A stretch of 64,000 nucleotides of DNA from a virus. A program made the translations under genes and the position numbers. Below the pieces are notes generated by a model that was not told the origin of the DNA, did no database searches, and worked only from the letters and a program-made list of their open reading frames with translations. The stretch is from UHGV virus genome UHGV-0229283. One strand, written 5' to 3'. Shown one piece after another: positions 21,201 to 29,808 of the stretch (the stretch's first letter is position 1; the number at the start of each line of letters is the position of its first letter).

Positions 21201-22220
21201 GACTTCTGGATGAATGGTGATTCAGCCGGGATCGGTGGTATGGATGTGAATGCTGGACAGTATGATGCGAAGACCCCGTGGGGATATCTTGCGTATCGTG
21301 AACTGCAAAAGCCGTCTCCTAATATTTCGGCAGTATGGGCAAGATTTAAACGGTGCTGGGATGATAACTGGCGTAGCACAAATATCGGAACGCGATATTT
21401 AGAAGGTGTACTGCATGTCGCTGATTTAGTGGCCACTGTATTCAAGCCTTGTGTTTCTATATATCGTGCGGCAGAGTTCGTGGGTGACACTACAACGATG
21501 ACAGCCATGCAACCGTATATTAAATCTTGGGCTGATGCGATGGTGACGGCAGTCGCAGCAAAAGGGGGTGTGCCAAATACGTATACGTCAGCTTCTGTCA
21601 GTGATGCAGTAAACATCAACATATACAGTATGATGCTTGTAGCACTAGCAATTCACGCTGAAATGGACACTGATGGTTCATACCAGTCATGCTATAACAC
21701 AGTGATGACTAACTTGACTAATAGCAGTACCGTTGGTCGTTATCTGCCATCTATGTTGGATTCAATGCCAGTTAGTACGTCATTGGCTCGTAGCCGTTGG
21801 TACAACTACGATATAGATTTGGCACCTGAATATCTCATGATGACAGAGCTGCTCGGTGGGACTCCCTTGTTTAACAATGTTAACTACGGACTCCAGGGTT
21901 TGTGTGGTGATGGGCGCATTCGCACCATTGACTTCATTCTTTCTGAAAGCCGTAGAGGTATCATCTCAACTCCAGTCAGTGTGGCGTTGACAATGATGCT
22001 GGTTCGCCGAGTATCTACCGGGAATGCCCTGCTTGCATGTATTCAGGCATACGATAAGGACTTCTTGGCTAATCCTTATTCATCAGGACGTTTCTATGAC
22101 CACTCTCCACGTCTTGCGACGGGTATGCCAACAACTGTCTCAAGCCATAACAGAGTGATGATTGAGATGCTGTCGTCTTACTTTGTGCATCAGATAGTGA
22201 GAGGGAGGGTTATATCGTAA
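18291..22220 (+). CDS. large tailspike / tail fibre protein 2 with the same N-terminal anchor domain
   Basis: 1309 aa. The N-terminus MALETIKIAELPSATQVVGDDYLVVEQPDKTKKATAFQVISDL is paralogous to the N-terminus of tailspike 1. RBS GGAGGA. Confidence 0.55.
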   Translation: MALETIKIAELPSATQVVGDDYLVVEQPDKTKKATAFQVISDLDLANKSSLTGPGGAGIIGTEDGEGVQKSLDIDRANTRELWRRALHDLGLTLVDGSFEEGATLTYTTDAIWHMAGAQCYTWSGTFPKSVPAGLTPSTTGSGWITVGGLSLLDEVTEIKNEAVEAKDQAEDARDEAQAYVLQASELGNLYASVSEGLAATTDGQYFQVPQGSGSSVAFKVYKNNAGVAQEVAAVPSAGAIIKTIRGYETLEAAQADADAGNILVGSTAFYRSTDDNVLSVEVINASGTMKETGARIPSEAGVENRVNKSYSELDGKISGTNALLGEFSSLPLTSFTSITAPGDTVVNVGKESVLRINSLSAAETSNARNQKNTLKVTELQSGVTTVVAELLPAEYFADNVLNSPYHSVQLAKIRPATVLLDETKSVARAIFTNVALINTYSSITSYAVIDKSGAFISAAPGEYGTDGNYCALYGSSTPSETAIALTFPYSAITGAGYDLTEEGVKSYFYDSFDDVNLYYRSTDVSQYKTTFLAKLGAEPVTISVNAYLTIDADILYYNGISRLESDNNPFTRFVTDAANDTSVDYSGLIELKVSFPEGLVYGHNCIKVSDSDGNVFDAQFSADDFVNLRFQSNEGYHPDGSFKTGSVWIVDSVAAGQKKYYNVDIYGYRYDDTVYTEGLEYYAPTDALKRYNIKVGDLYYRFAFAGGAYGLTSIDAAKNDDTNRIRCTLSPQHRYVNAGAQVIEYFTDNVTLKVINSGPLFTEVERIGYNAASAIYEAGILKATTRYRIFKNGVVIVKNTVTALQEIPVGKMYGETISSNIAYQSGTTPVYAGSAAAAITNGNTAGGGKFSYVPTIVNGDLHRDGTAGGPTRTAGISMTNNSQTLTLGVTTGWQFYSFTDYSLLNWPVEKNWTWPIEIWLNANETETDPLALAKKVYNRPVGFAREGKLPNFAVKEAERKLRELLEGVADFWMNGDSAGIGGMDVNAGQYDAKTPWGYLAYRELQKPSPNISAVWARFKRCWDDNWRSTNIGTRYLEGVLHVADLVATVFKPCVSIYRAAEFVGDTTTMTAMQPYIKSWADAMVTAVAAKGGVPNTYTSASVSDAVNINIYSMMLVALAIHAEMDTDGSYQSCYNTVMTNLTNSSTVGRYLPSMLDSMPVSTSLARSRWYNYDIDLAPEYLMMTELLGGTPLFNNVNYGLQGLCGDGRIRTIDFILSESRRGIISTPVSVALTMMLVRRVSTGNALLACIQAYDKDFLANPYSSGRFYDHSPRLATGMPTTVSSHNRVMIEMLSSYFVHQIVRGRVIS

Positions 22221-22234
22221 ATGTTTTTTTTTCA

Positions 22235-22257
22235 AGGGGCAGAGATGCCCCTTTTAC
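22235..22257 (+). terminator. possible terminator
   Basis: GGGGC-agagat-GCCCC hairpin followed by TTTTA. The U-tract is short. Confidence 0.35.
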
Positions 22258-22302
22258 GCCCCGCCTACTAACACTTCTTGGGAGTGATTTGGAGATTGAA
22301 AA

Positions 22303-23130
22303 ATGGCCACTACTGATATACCAATCATTAAGATAAAAAACCTTAATGATAAAGAATTAGTTTCCGAAACGGATGAGATAATAATCCAATCATCTTTGGA
22401 CACAGAGAAAACAACTATACGAAAATTTATTACAGACATCGGCATCCTGAAAAGGGGTGAGGTGACTGGGATCACCGGTGCATCTCTTATCGGAACCCAC
22501 TCAGGGGCCACTGTCCAGCAAGTTTTGGACAGTCTTTCTAATAGTTGGCAGAATTTATACTATTTCTCCACCACCGGGAATGAGATTGGGTCACATGTTG
22601 ACACCATCTCTATAAGTCCTGTGCAAAGAACTTATGGAGTTCAGATATCAACTCCTTCAGCATCCTTTTCTCCCAAGACAGATAATGTACTGTCCAACGG
22701 TACAACATCCCTGCGTTGGAGTCAAGTGTATGCAGTTAACAGTGTGATCTCCACCTCAAATAAAAAGAAGAAAACAAATCTTCGACAAATTACACCTACA
22801 GAAGCAAAAGCTTTTTATGAAATTGGGAAGCTAGACTCTGTATGGCAATGGTTGTCTAAGTATTCTTCTGAGAAGGGTGCTGCCAGGCTTCACTCAGGAC
22901 CTACTGTGCAGGATGCTATTAAGGTCATGCTCAAGTACGGTCTTGATTGGACAAAGTATTCAGCTTTCTGCTACGATAGCTGGGAGGCGAATGGGAATAC
23001 CCCGGCAGGTGAGGAGTTCGCTTTTAGAAAAGAAGAGCTTTTATTTTGGATACTTAGAGCAACCATTGTAATTCAGGAGGACTTGGACAAGCGCCTTTCA
23101 GTCTTGGAAGATTCTTTGTCCGGCAACTAA
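22303..23130 (+). CDS. third receptor-binding / fibre-like protein carrying a diverged copy of the N-terminal anchor domain
   Basis: The N-terminus IKIKNLNDKELVSETDEIIIQSSLDTEKTTIRKFITDI aligns with IKIAELPSATQVVGDDYLVVEQPDKTKKATAFQVISDL. It is followed by a strong terminator. Confidence 0.4.
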   Translation: MATTDIPIIKIKNLNDKELVSETDEIIIQSSLDTEKTTIRKFITDIGILKRGEVTGITGASLIGTHSGATVQQVLDSLSNSWQNLYYFSTTGNEIGSHVDTISISPVQRTYGVQISTPSASFSPKTDNVLSNGTTSLRWSQVYAVNSVISTSNKKKKTNLRQITPTEAKAFYEIGKLDSVWQWLSKYSSEKGAARLHSGPTVQDAIKVMLKYGLDWTKYSAFCYDSWEANGNTPAGEEFAFRKEELLFWILRATIVIQEDLDKRLSVLEDSLSGN

Positions 23131-23152
23131 CCACCCTCCGGGGTGGTTTTTT
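23131..23152 (+). terminator. rho-independent terminator
   Basis: CCACCC-TCCG-GGGTGG hairpin followed by TTTTTT. Confidence 0.65.
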
Positions 23153-23240
23153 CATTTATGCCCTTCCTCCGTTTATTTGCAAAACACTGTCACGTATGGT
23201 AAAATATACAAAAGAATCATGGTCCTGAAAGGAGGACGAA

Positions 23241-24734
23241 TTGGCAACTCAATATGGATTGAGCGATTACGGTTTCACTATCCCCTCTCTTGATGACCTT
23301 ATCGCAGACACAAAACAGACCCTTATCAGAACTTTTGGTGAAAATTTCAACACACAAGCTAACACAATTGCTGACAAGTTGACAACAATTTTTAACGAAA
23401 GGGAATACCAGATTATCCTTCTGGCAGCTTCCGTCTATTCTGCTCAGACCCTTGCGGGGGCTGAGGGTATTTATCTTGACGAACTTCTTTCCCGAAGGGG
23501 TGTTTATCGTCGAGGAAAGACAAAAAGTTCAGGTTCTGTTGAGATGGCAGTTAACAACACTGTCCCTTACAACATGGTATATGCCCAAAACACATATACA
23601 CTTGATAGTGGTACATTTGTATTAAATGACGACACCGCCCTTGCTGGTAACATACTGGCACAAAAAATTCTCAATAAGGACTGGGTTGTAGGCACTTATA
23701 GTTTCCAGATCAATAATCAAAACACCGGAACAACAAGTCAAACAACCATTCAACTGACCAATAAAACCCCTAATAGCTCTCAGCTTAACACTTTCATGGC
23801 ATCTGTCAAGAGCTTTATTGTCAACAATACCTCCGAGCTTAATAATGATAGAATCATCATTGACTCTCAAAACGGGGCATTGTACATTGGGTATGATACT
23901 AATCTTGAAATGATCGGCCTTAATAGCCGTGTTGATTTCAGAACATCGCCGATTGTTGGTGAGCGTACAATCACAATGGATGTTGTTGCTGTCGAGGCAG
24001 GTGAACTGTCGCGAGAGAAAAATACAGTAACTTCGATCTCCCCAACCCCTAGTGGGTTCGTCAGCCTTAACAACATGAATGCCTTCACGGAGGGCACAGA
24101 TGTTGAGACCGACACCGAATACAAGGTCAGGGCTTCTAACACAACAGCATCGAGTGCTGCTGCGACCAGACCTGCGGTGGTGAGTGCTGTCCTTGGCGTG
24201 AGTGGTGTAAGTAAGGTTAAAATCTTCTCAAATAACACAGGGGTTACAGACCAGAACGGGATACCCCCGTACAAGTTTGAGACAGTGGTGTATGGTGGGT
24301 CTACTGAGGACATCAGTAAGGCACTTTATAATTCAATTGCTTTGTCTAACGCTACCTATGGTAATGTTTTTTATGATGTCCCCACTGAGGATAATCAGAC
24401 AGAACGAATTTATCACAGCAAGGCACAGGCAAGGGATTTGGCTATCCGTGTCCGTTATAAGGGAAAGGTCCTCTCAACCACTGAACAGGATACTATAAAG
24501 TCCGCTCTCAAAGGGGTTATTGACCCGCTTAACATTGCTGACACCTTATACAACATCCAGCTTGTATCTGCTGTAGGTTCTTCTATCTCTGCGGGTAGAT
24601 TTACACAACTTTATGTGGATGTCAAGAACGTCGGGGATCCTGATACTTCTTATACAACCTCTGATGTTGTTGCAGGGATGGATGAAGTATTCTCTATCGA
24701 TACTGATAATATAACATTCCTACAGATAATCTAA
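23241..24734 (+). CDS. baseplate wedge protein, Baseplate_J-like (P2 gpJ / Mu gp47-like)
   Basis: The N-terminus GFTIPSLDDLIADTKQTLIRTFGENFN has the typical J-family N-terminal pattern. It is followed by an I-like gene and tail-fibre genes. RBS GAAAGGAGGA. Confidence 0.5.
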   Translation: MATQYGLSDYGFTIPSLDDLIADTKQTLIRTFGENFNTQANTIADKLTTIFNEREYQIILLAASVYSAQTLAGAEGIYLDELLSRRGVYRRGKTKSSGSVEMAVNNTVPYNMVYAQNTYTLDSGTFVLNDDTALAGNILAQKILNKDWVVGTYSFQINNQNTGTTSQTTIQLTNKTPNSSQLNTFMASVKSFIVNNTSELNNDRIIIDSQNGALYIGYDTNLEMIGLNSRVDFRTSPIVGERTITMDVVAVEAGELSREKNTVTSISPTPSGFVSLNNMNAFTEGTDVETDTEYKVRASNTTASSAAATRPAVVSAVLGVSGVSKVKIFSNNTGVTDQNGIPPYKFETVVYGGSTEDISKALYNSIALSNATYGNVFYDVPTEDNQTERIYHSKAQARDLAIRVRYKGKVLSTTEQDTIKSALKGVIDPLNIADTLYNIQLVSAVGSSISAGRFTQLYVDVKNVGDPDTSYTTSDVVAGMDEVFSIDTDNITFLQII

Positions 24735-24742
24735 GAGGGATT

Positions 24743-25372
24743 ATGGCAGATACAGTAAAAGATGTCAACCACATCCATCCCTTGGATAATTTCGTTTCAG
24801 ACGGTATCGACTACCTGCCTGGGGATTTTTTACGAGAAAAAGAAAACCTTGTAAAATTTTTATCCGTGTATTTGGAACGAATGAAGGCTGTAGATGAGAT
24901 GATGGTCAATCTTGCAGAAGGGCGTCTCCTCCAGAATGCTGGGGGGGTAAACTTGGATGAGATTGGTGCTCAAGTAGGGATTGACAGAAATGGCTTGAGT
25001 GATATGAATTATCGTGCCATTATCACAATCCTTCTCTCAAGCACAGCTAAACACGGGACCAGACCTGAGGTAATTGGTACGCTGAAGCAACTCTTCGGGG
25101 CAGAGAATTTTACCACTTACAAAGGTGATAATTATCGTTTTGATATCAATATATTTAATAGCTGTTTCGAGATAGAAACCGCTATACAAGAAATAAAAGA
25201 TATGCTCCCTATGCCTACGTACCTTCGACTGGTAAAATCAGAAGGACTACCTTTTGGGTTTAAAAACGATTCCTATGCAATTGGTTTTGGGTCTGTAAGC
25301 ACATCGCGAACAGGGCCTGGTGGCCTATCCAGTCTTATCTATACCTCCGAAGAAGAGAACACACTATTATAA
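24743..25372 (+). CDS. baseplate protein, P2 gpI / Mu gp48-like
   Basis: 209 aa between the J-like and tail-fibre genes. RBS AGAGGGA. Confidence 0.4.
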   Translation: MADTVKDVNHIHPLDNFVSDGIDYLPGDFLREKENLVKFLSVYLERMKAVDEMMVNLAEGRLLQNAGGVNLDEIGAQVGIDRNGLSDMNYRAIITILLSSTAKHGTRPEVIGTLKQLFGAENFTTYKGDNYRFDINIFNSCFEIETAIQEIKDMLPMPTYLRLVKSEGLPFGFKNDSYAIGFGSVSTSRTGPGGLSSLIYTSEEENTLL

Positions 25373-25381
25373 GGGAGAATC

Positions 25382-26428
25382 ATGGCAATTCCTACTATTC
25401 CTCTTCAGATATGGGCTGAAAGTGACGTCGTGTTACCTAATGCTCACACTGCAAATAAAATCTCCCCTATCGCTGATCTTTGGGATAAGGGTTGGGATTT
25501 GGGTGAGAAGCCCGCTTGTGAAGAACTTAACTATGTTCTTAACATGATGACCTGGTGGATGACGTACATCTCAGAAGAGCAGATCCCAGGACTCTCTAAT
25601 GATTATCTGAGAAAAGATCAAAACCTTAGCGATGTATCTGATATCCCAACGGCAAGAAGCACTCTGGATGTTTACAGCAAGGGGGAAAGTGATACCCGGT
25701 ATGTAAATGCTTCTGGTGATACAATGACTGGCGCGCTAACAGTACCCAGAATAACATTCCCCTCTGATTCTAGCGATACTGCTCATATCACCACCACAAC
25801 GGGTACGGATCAAGTCTATTTAGACTTCGTTATTGGTGATAATGTAGGAACAGCGGGGCAACCAACTGTAGATGTCATGAGGTTCCGCTTTGTTCCTGTA
25901 AACAACTCTGGTACAGTTTCACCATTCAACATGATGGAACTGAATGCAACGTCTAATGGCGTGGCGCTGCTAAAGGTGCAAGGGAATATTACGGCAACAG
26001 GAACTACCACGACAGGTACAGTTTCTTCCACAACCATTAATAATGGTGGTAATATCCAGACAACCAGCCTTGGTGTTGGTGGTACAGCTACGTTACAAAA
26101 CCTCGTAGTAAACTCCAACAACGCAACAATTGGTGGAAGATCCGTTGTTCGTGCAGTAAATAGTACCGCTGCAAACGCCAATGGTGACGTTTCCATCAGT
26201 ATTGGTGTTTCTGACATTCGCTGGAGCGGGGAGCAAAACAAAGTTCAAGTTGACTTTGAAAATTATGGTTCAAGCGGACGTTTGGCGCGTGGACCTGACG
26301 GTTCTGTATTGACTGGTCTGATTGATGCAAACGCCAGTGGAGACCTTTATCTGCACGATATTGATGAGATAAGATTCCGATTTTTACAGAAAGCTCTTGA
26401 TGGCATTTGGTATACAGTGGGGCTTTAA
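25382..26428 (+). CDS. tail fibre protein
   Basis: Contains the SGDTMTGAL fibre motif and T/G/N-rich repeats. It is followed by a fibre-assembly chaperone. Confidence 0.5.
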   Translation: MAIPTIPLQIWAESDVVLPNAHTANKISPIADLWDKGWDLGEKPACEELNYVLNMMTWWMTYISEEQIPGLSNDYLRKDQNLSDVSDIPTARSTLDVYSKGESDTRYVNASGDTMTGALTVPRITFPSDSSDTAHITTTTGTDQVYLDFVIGDNVGTAGQPTVDVMRFRFVPVNNSGTVSPFNMMELNATSNGVALLKVQGNITATGTTTTGTVSSTTINNGGNIQTTSLGVGGTATLQNLVVNSNNATIGGRSVVRAVNSTAANANGDVSISIGVSDIRWSGEQNKVQVDFENYGSSGRLARGPDGSVLTGLIDANASGDLYLHDIDEIRFRFLQKALDGIWYTVGL

Positions 26429-26907
26429 TGAAAATAACTGATATGAAATGGGTTAGATATTCTCCAGAAAAGGTTGCAGTTCCTGGTGCCTTATATCTAA
26501 AAGATGAGAAAGGCCAAGATTGGTACGATTTCGTATCTCAACTGAAAGAAATACAAAAAGGCCTATATATTCAATACGATTCTAACGGCCAGGTCTATAT
26601 GGTAGATACTGACCCAACTAAATTCTTCCCCGAAGATTGTTACTTTCGTTTTGTAGATTCTCTTCCAAGTGATTTCTCTAATAGAACTCATATCTTTAAC
26701 GGTGAAGAGTTCGAAAAAGTTGATTGGATGGAAGACAGAATATTTGAAAATAAGAAACAAGGACTTTTCCAAAGGGCCGCGATACTGCTATCAACTTATG
26801 CTGCACTGGGTGAAGAAGATAAGGTTGAGACAATGAAGAAATATATCATCGATCTCAGAGGATGGACCAAGGGAGACCCTCAACCAGAGCTTCCGCAGAC
26901 AGCCTAA
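26428..26907 (+). CDS. tail fibre assembly chaperone (Tfa-like)
   Basis: Start set at the TAATG-coupled ATG at 26428. Size and position after the fibre gene. Confidence 0.4.
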   Translation: MKITDMKWVRYSPEKVAVPGALYLKDEKGQDWYDFVSQLKEIQKGLYIQYDSNGQVYMVDTDPTKFFPEDCYFRFVDSLPSDFSNRTHIFNGEEFEKVDWMEDRIFENKKQGLFQRAAILLSTYAALGEEDKVETMKKYIIDLRGWTKGDPQPELPQTA

Positions 26908-26916
26908 GGGGGCACT

Positions 26917-27231
26917 ATGTCTATTGACCTGTTTGCTATCCTGAAGGCGGTCTGGGGGGTTATTACCTTTGTCCTGATCGGAGTCCTAAGAATAACGTAC
27001 TCGGATTACAAAAAGACTCAAGAGCGCCTTGATGAGCTTGACAAAGATATCATCCGTATAAGGGCCGAAATGGTCACTAAAGAAAAGCTGGATGATATCT
27101 TGGATAAAAAGTTAAAAGCGATTAGGGATGATGTTTCAGATCTTAGAAGAGATATCAAGGGAGATGTTGGTGATTTAAGAACAGATCTCACCAAACAGTT
27201 CCAGATGTTAATGGAGAGATCCGCAAAATGA
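26917..27231 (+). CDS. N-terminal TM / coiled-coil protein (i-spanin-like or holin-associated)
   Basis: 104 aa. MSIDLFAILKAVWGVITFVLIGVL is a TM segment, followed by a heptad-rich K/D/E coiled coil. RBS AAGGGGG. Confidence 0.35.
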   Translation: MSIDLFAILKAVWGVITFVLIGVLRITYSDYKKTQERLDELDKDIIRIRAEMVTKEKLDDILDKKLKAIRDDVSDLRRDIKGDVGDLRTDLTKQFQMLMERSAK

Positions 27232-27701
27232 TAAGCTCAGTATTCTATTTCCTGTGCTTTATTATTTTGTTGTTTCATTCCGATAAAGGTATAAGGATCA
27301 TGTCTGTTCTTGGCATGGTCCATATCTTTCTTGAGAATACCCTTCTATGGTGGTTTTCTTCAAACACCCAGTTTTTCGATCTATCTCTTTACCTCAATCT
27401 TTGTTGGTTCCTGGATATCTCTTTTATCTTTGGTGCTGCGTGTATATTATCGGGATGGAAGAAAAAGCTAACACTCTCTGTAGCAGTACCAATTCTCTTC
27501 TGCCAGATAATATCCATGCAGTTTCCGTTAATAATCCCCGGACTCTTTGACTTTGTAATAAATTCTTCCTACCAAACTTGGATGGAAATTATCATACTTT
27601 GTGCAAATTTTAAAGACACGACGATAAAGGAATGGATAAAAACTGCAACTGTCATAAGCCTGTTGGTGCTTGCCAGGGCATTATCATTCTTCACTTATTG
27701 A
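27228..27701 (+). CDS. polytopic inner-membrane protein (about 4 TM)
   Basis: 157 aa, very hydrophobic, AT-rich codon usage that differs from its neighbours. ATGA overlap with the upstream gene. Confidence 0.35.
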   Translation: MISSVFYFLCFIILLFHSDKGIRIMSVLGMVHIFLENTLLWWFSSNTQFFDLSLYLNLCWFLDISFIFGAACILSGWKKKLTLSVAVPILFCQIISMQFPLIIPGLFDFVINSSYQTWMEIIILCANFKDTTIKEWIKTATVISLLVLARALSFFTY

Positions 27702-27714
27702 CCCCCGAGGTAAA

Positions 27715-27990
27715 ATGCCAACTCGAATAATGAAGTTCCTAAAGGACTTAGTCAGGTCCCCTATAGACCCTGATAAGGCCTCACATACCAAGTTTTGGAG
27801 CAATATAGGACTGGCATCCATGACGGCTGTTTTCCTGTACTGGGGATTTAAAGGGACCCTTACAGAATGGTACATGTGGGTATATGCACCTACTGTAGCA
27901 GCTCCACAACTTATAAGCAAGCTAATCTCACTTCGCTGGGGTTTAGCTATAAAGGCAGCGGAAGATGAAGATAAACAAGAAATTAAATAA
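27715..27990 (+). CDS. two-TM small membrane protein (holin-like)
   Basis: Start set at the ATG at 27715 with RBS GAGG. Two hydrophobic helices and a charged C-terminus EDEDKQEIK. Confidence 0.3.
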   Translation: MPTRIMKFLKDLVRSPIDPDKASHTKFWSNIGLASMTAVFLYWGFKGTLTEWYMWVYAPTVAAPQLISKLISLRWGLAIKAAEDEDKQEIK

Positions 27991-28001
27991 GGAGACCTTA
28001 A

Positions 28002-29762
28002 ATGGCTGATACAACACAATTTGAACAGGCTGTGGATCAGGTTATCGAGGATTCTGAGCGTCTCCATAAGGTGGTCAACGGATCGGCGATCGACACTGTT
28101 ATTGTAGAAGATGGTAGCACGATTCCAACATTACGTAAAGCGCTTCTTGACAATGTGTATTTTAAAACACCACCACAACCTTGGGTGGCTGGTACACAGG
28201 CGACAGTTTTTAATCAACTGTATTCCTTCACCAATTCAGCAGGGACTTTCTGGTGGTATGCCCCAGGAGCGTCACCATCTACACCTATCACTTTACCTGC
28301 CGATCCGTCCACAAGTACCGCTTGGAAAGTTTACAATGACTCCGTTGTAGTTTCTGAAAAATTTGCACCTCTTAACACACCCGTATTTGTCGGTTCTCCG
28401 ACAGCGCCTACCCCTGCTCAGGGAAGTAATAGTGGTGCAATAGCGACAACTGCATTTGTCAACTTGGCTGTCGCAGCAGCGATCAATTCTCTTGCTGGGT
28501 CTTCTCCAAGTTATGCTGCTCTTACGGTGGTTGGTGCTTCAACCCTTAACACATTGGTTGTTTCTGGGACATCCCAATTTGGTGGGACGCTTGATGCCTC
28601 TGGTGTGCTTGGTAAATTCCAGAAAATTTCGTTATCTGGACAAACTGCCACTCTTTCTTTTGACTACACCGCTGCCTCTAACTATCTGAAGACTATCATA
28701 TCTCCTAACTCTGTTCAAACCAATAATCTGACTTCCGCAGTTATTGTGAATGGGACAGCTAGTGCAGATAACACCACAATGTCATTAACTGGTGCCGGTA
28801 ATAACACCTTCGACTATGTGTACATCAGAGGGAACTCTTCCAAGGCCTCTACGGAACCAAGACTTAAGGTAACCGGAACGACAGAACTTGAAAACGTAAG
28901 AGTAACTGGTTCATTGTCCGGTGTCAATGTGGGGGTTGATGGTTTAGACATTCTCCCCAACTCCATTGTCACAACGACAACAGCCGAGATAGGTTCTGAT
29001 CTGACTGTGAATGGTATAACAACTCTCGGAAGTACCACTATTCAGGATCTGGGTGTAGTAAGCTCATTAACAGTCGATGGAAACAGCACATTAACTGGAG
29101 GATTTACAGCCGGTAGTGCCAGCTCTGTTGCAGGAAATCTATCCATCACAGGCCTGCTTGCAGTCACTGGGGAAGCTACGGTAAGCACCAACCTTACAGT
29201 TACTGGAAACGCTAACCTGAATAATGGTGGGACAGGCACAACAACCGTAAACAACCTTAACGTACTTGGGACTCTGACAGGTGTCTCCATTGATGTCAAC
29301 GGGAAGGACATTAACCCTAACTCCGTTCTGGCAACCACCACAATAGAGGCATACGGATCTCTAAAAGGTGCCTCCCTCGTTATTACAGGTGAAGCGACGG
29401 CTCCGAAGGTCACTGCGAATTTCGTAGGAACAACCCCCGGTTCTGTTACCACACCTTCCGCAGGGACAACTTGGACACCAGGAGGGACAGGTTCTGATCT
29501 GACGAAGATGAATAACATCTACAACGTAGATGTGACAAATACTTTAACTATCGGGCCTTGGGCAAATCTTGGTAGTGCTTTTACTGCCACGATCTATCTG
29601 TTCCAGGATGCAACTGGCGGACACGCCGTCACCCTTGATGCATCTTATAAAATCATAAATGGTGGTGCGATCAGCACTACTGCAAATTCAGTTACAATTC
29701 TACAAGTAACCTATTGTGGAAGAGGGACTGTATATGATGTAGCTGTCTATCAAAGACCGTAA
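28002..29762 (+). CDS. tail fibre protein
   Basis: 586 aa with RBS AAGGAGA. Long T/G/S/N-rich repeats (LTVxG, TGxxTxxG). It is followed by a strong terminator. Confidence 0.55.
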   Translation: MADTTQFEQAVDQVIEDSERLHKVVNGSAIDTVIVEDGSTIPTLRKALLDNVYFKTPPQPWVAGTQATVFNQLYSFTNSAGTFWWYAPGASPSTPITLPADPSTSTAWKVYNDSVVVSEKFAPLNTPVFVGSPTAPTPAQGSNSGAIATTAFVNLAVAAAINSLAGSSPSYAALTVVGASTLNTLVVSGTSQFGGTLDASGVLGKFQKISLSGQTATLSFDYTAASNYLKTIISPNSVQTNNLTSAVIVNGTASADNTTMSLTGAGNNTFDYVYIRGNSSKASTEPRLKVTGTTELENVRVTGSLSGVNVGVDGLDILPNSIVTTTTAEIGSDLTVNGITTLGSTTIQDLGVVSSLTVDGNSTLTGGFTAGSASSVAGNLSITGLLAVTGEATVSTNLTVTGNANLNNGGTGTTTVNNLNVLGTLTGVSIDVNGKDINPNSVLATTTIEAYGSLKGASLVITGEATAPKVTANFVGTTPGSVTTPSAGTTWTPGGTGSDLTKMNNIYNVDVTNTLTIGPWANLGSAFTATIYLFQDATGGHAVTLDASYKIINGGAISTTANSVTILQVTYCGRGTVYDVAVYQRP

Positions 29763-29797
29763 TAAAAAAGGCTCCCAAAAGGGAGCCTTTTCTTTTT
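29763..29797. terminator. bidirectional rho-independent terminator at the late/early module boundary
   Basis: A7-GGCTCCC-AAAA-GGGAGCC-T-rich hairpin between convergent genes. Confidence 0.65.
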
Positions 29798-29808
29798 AAA
29801 ATCACATC

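Noticed and set aside
284-29518. Minus-strand ORFs inside the structural module (for example 2299-3147, 6946-7548, 29042-29518, 23867-24313)
   Set aside because: They are antisense to highly expressed structural genes, have no RBS, and are Val/Thr/Ser-rich as expected from complementing GNN/NNC-rich codons. Only 4262-4660 has an RBS, a promoter and a TM domain, and it was kept.
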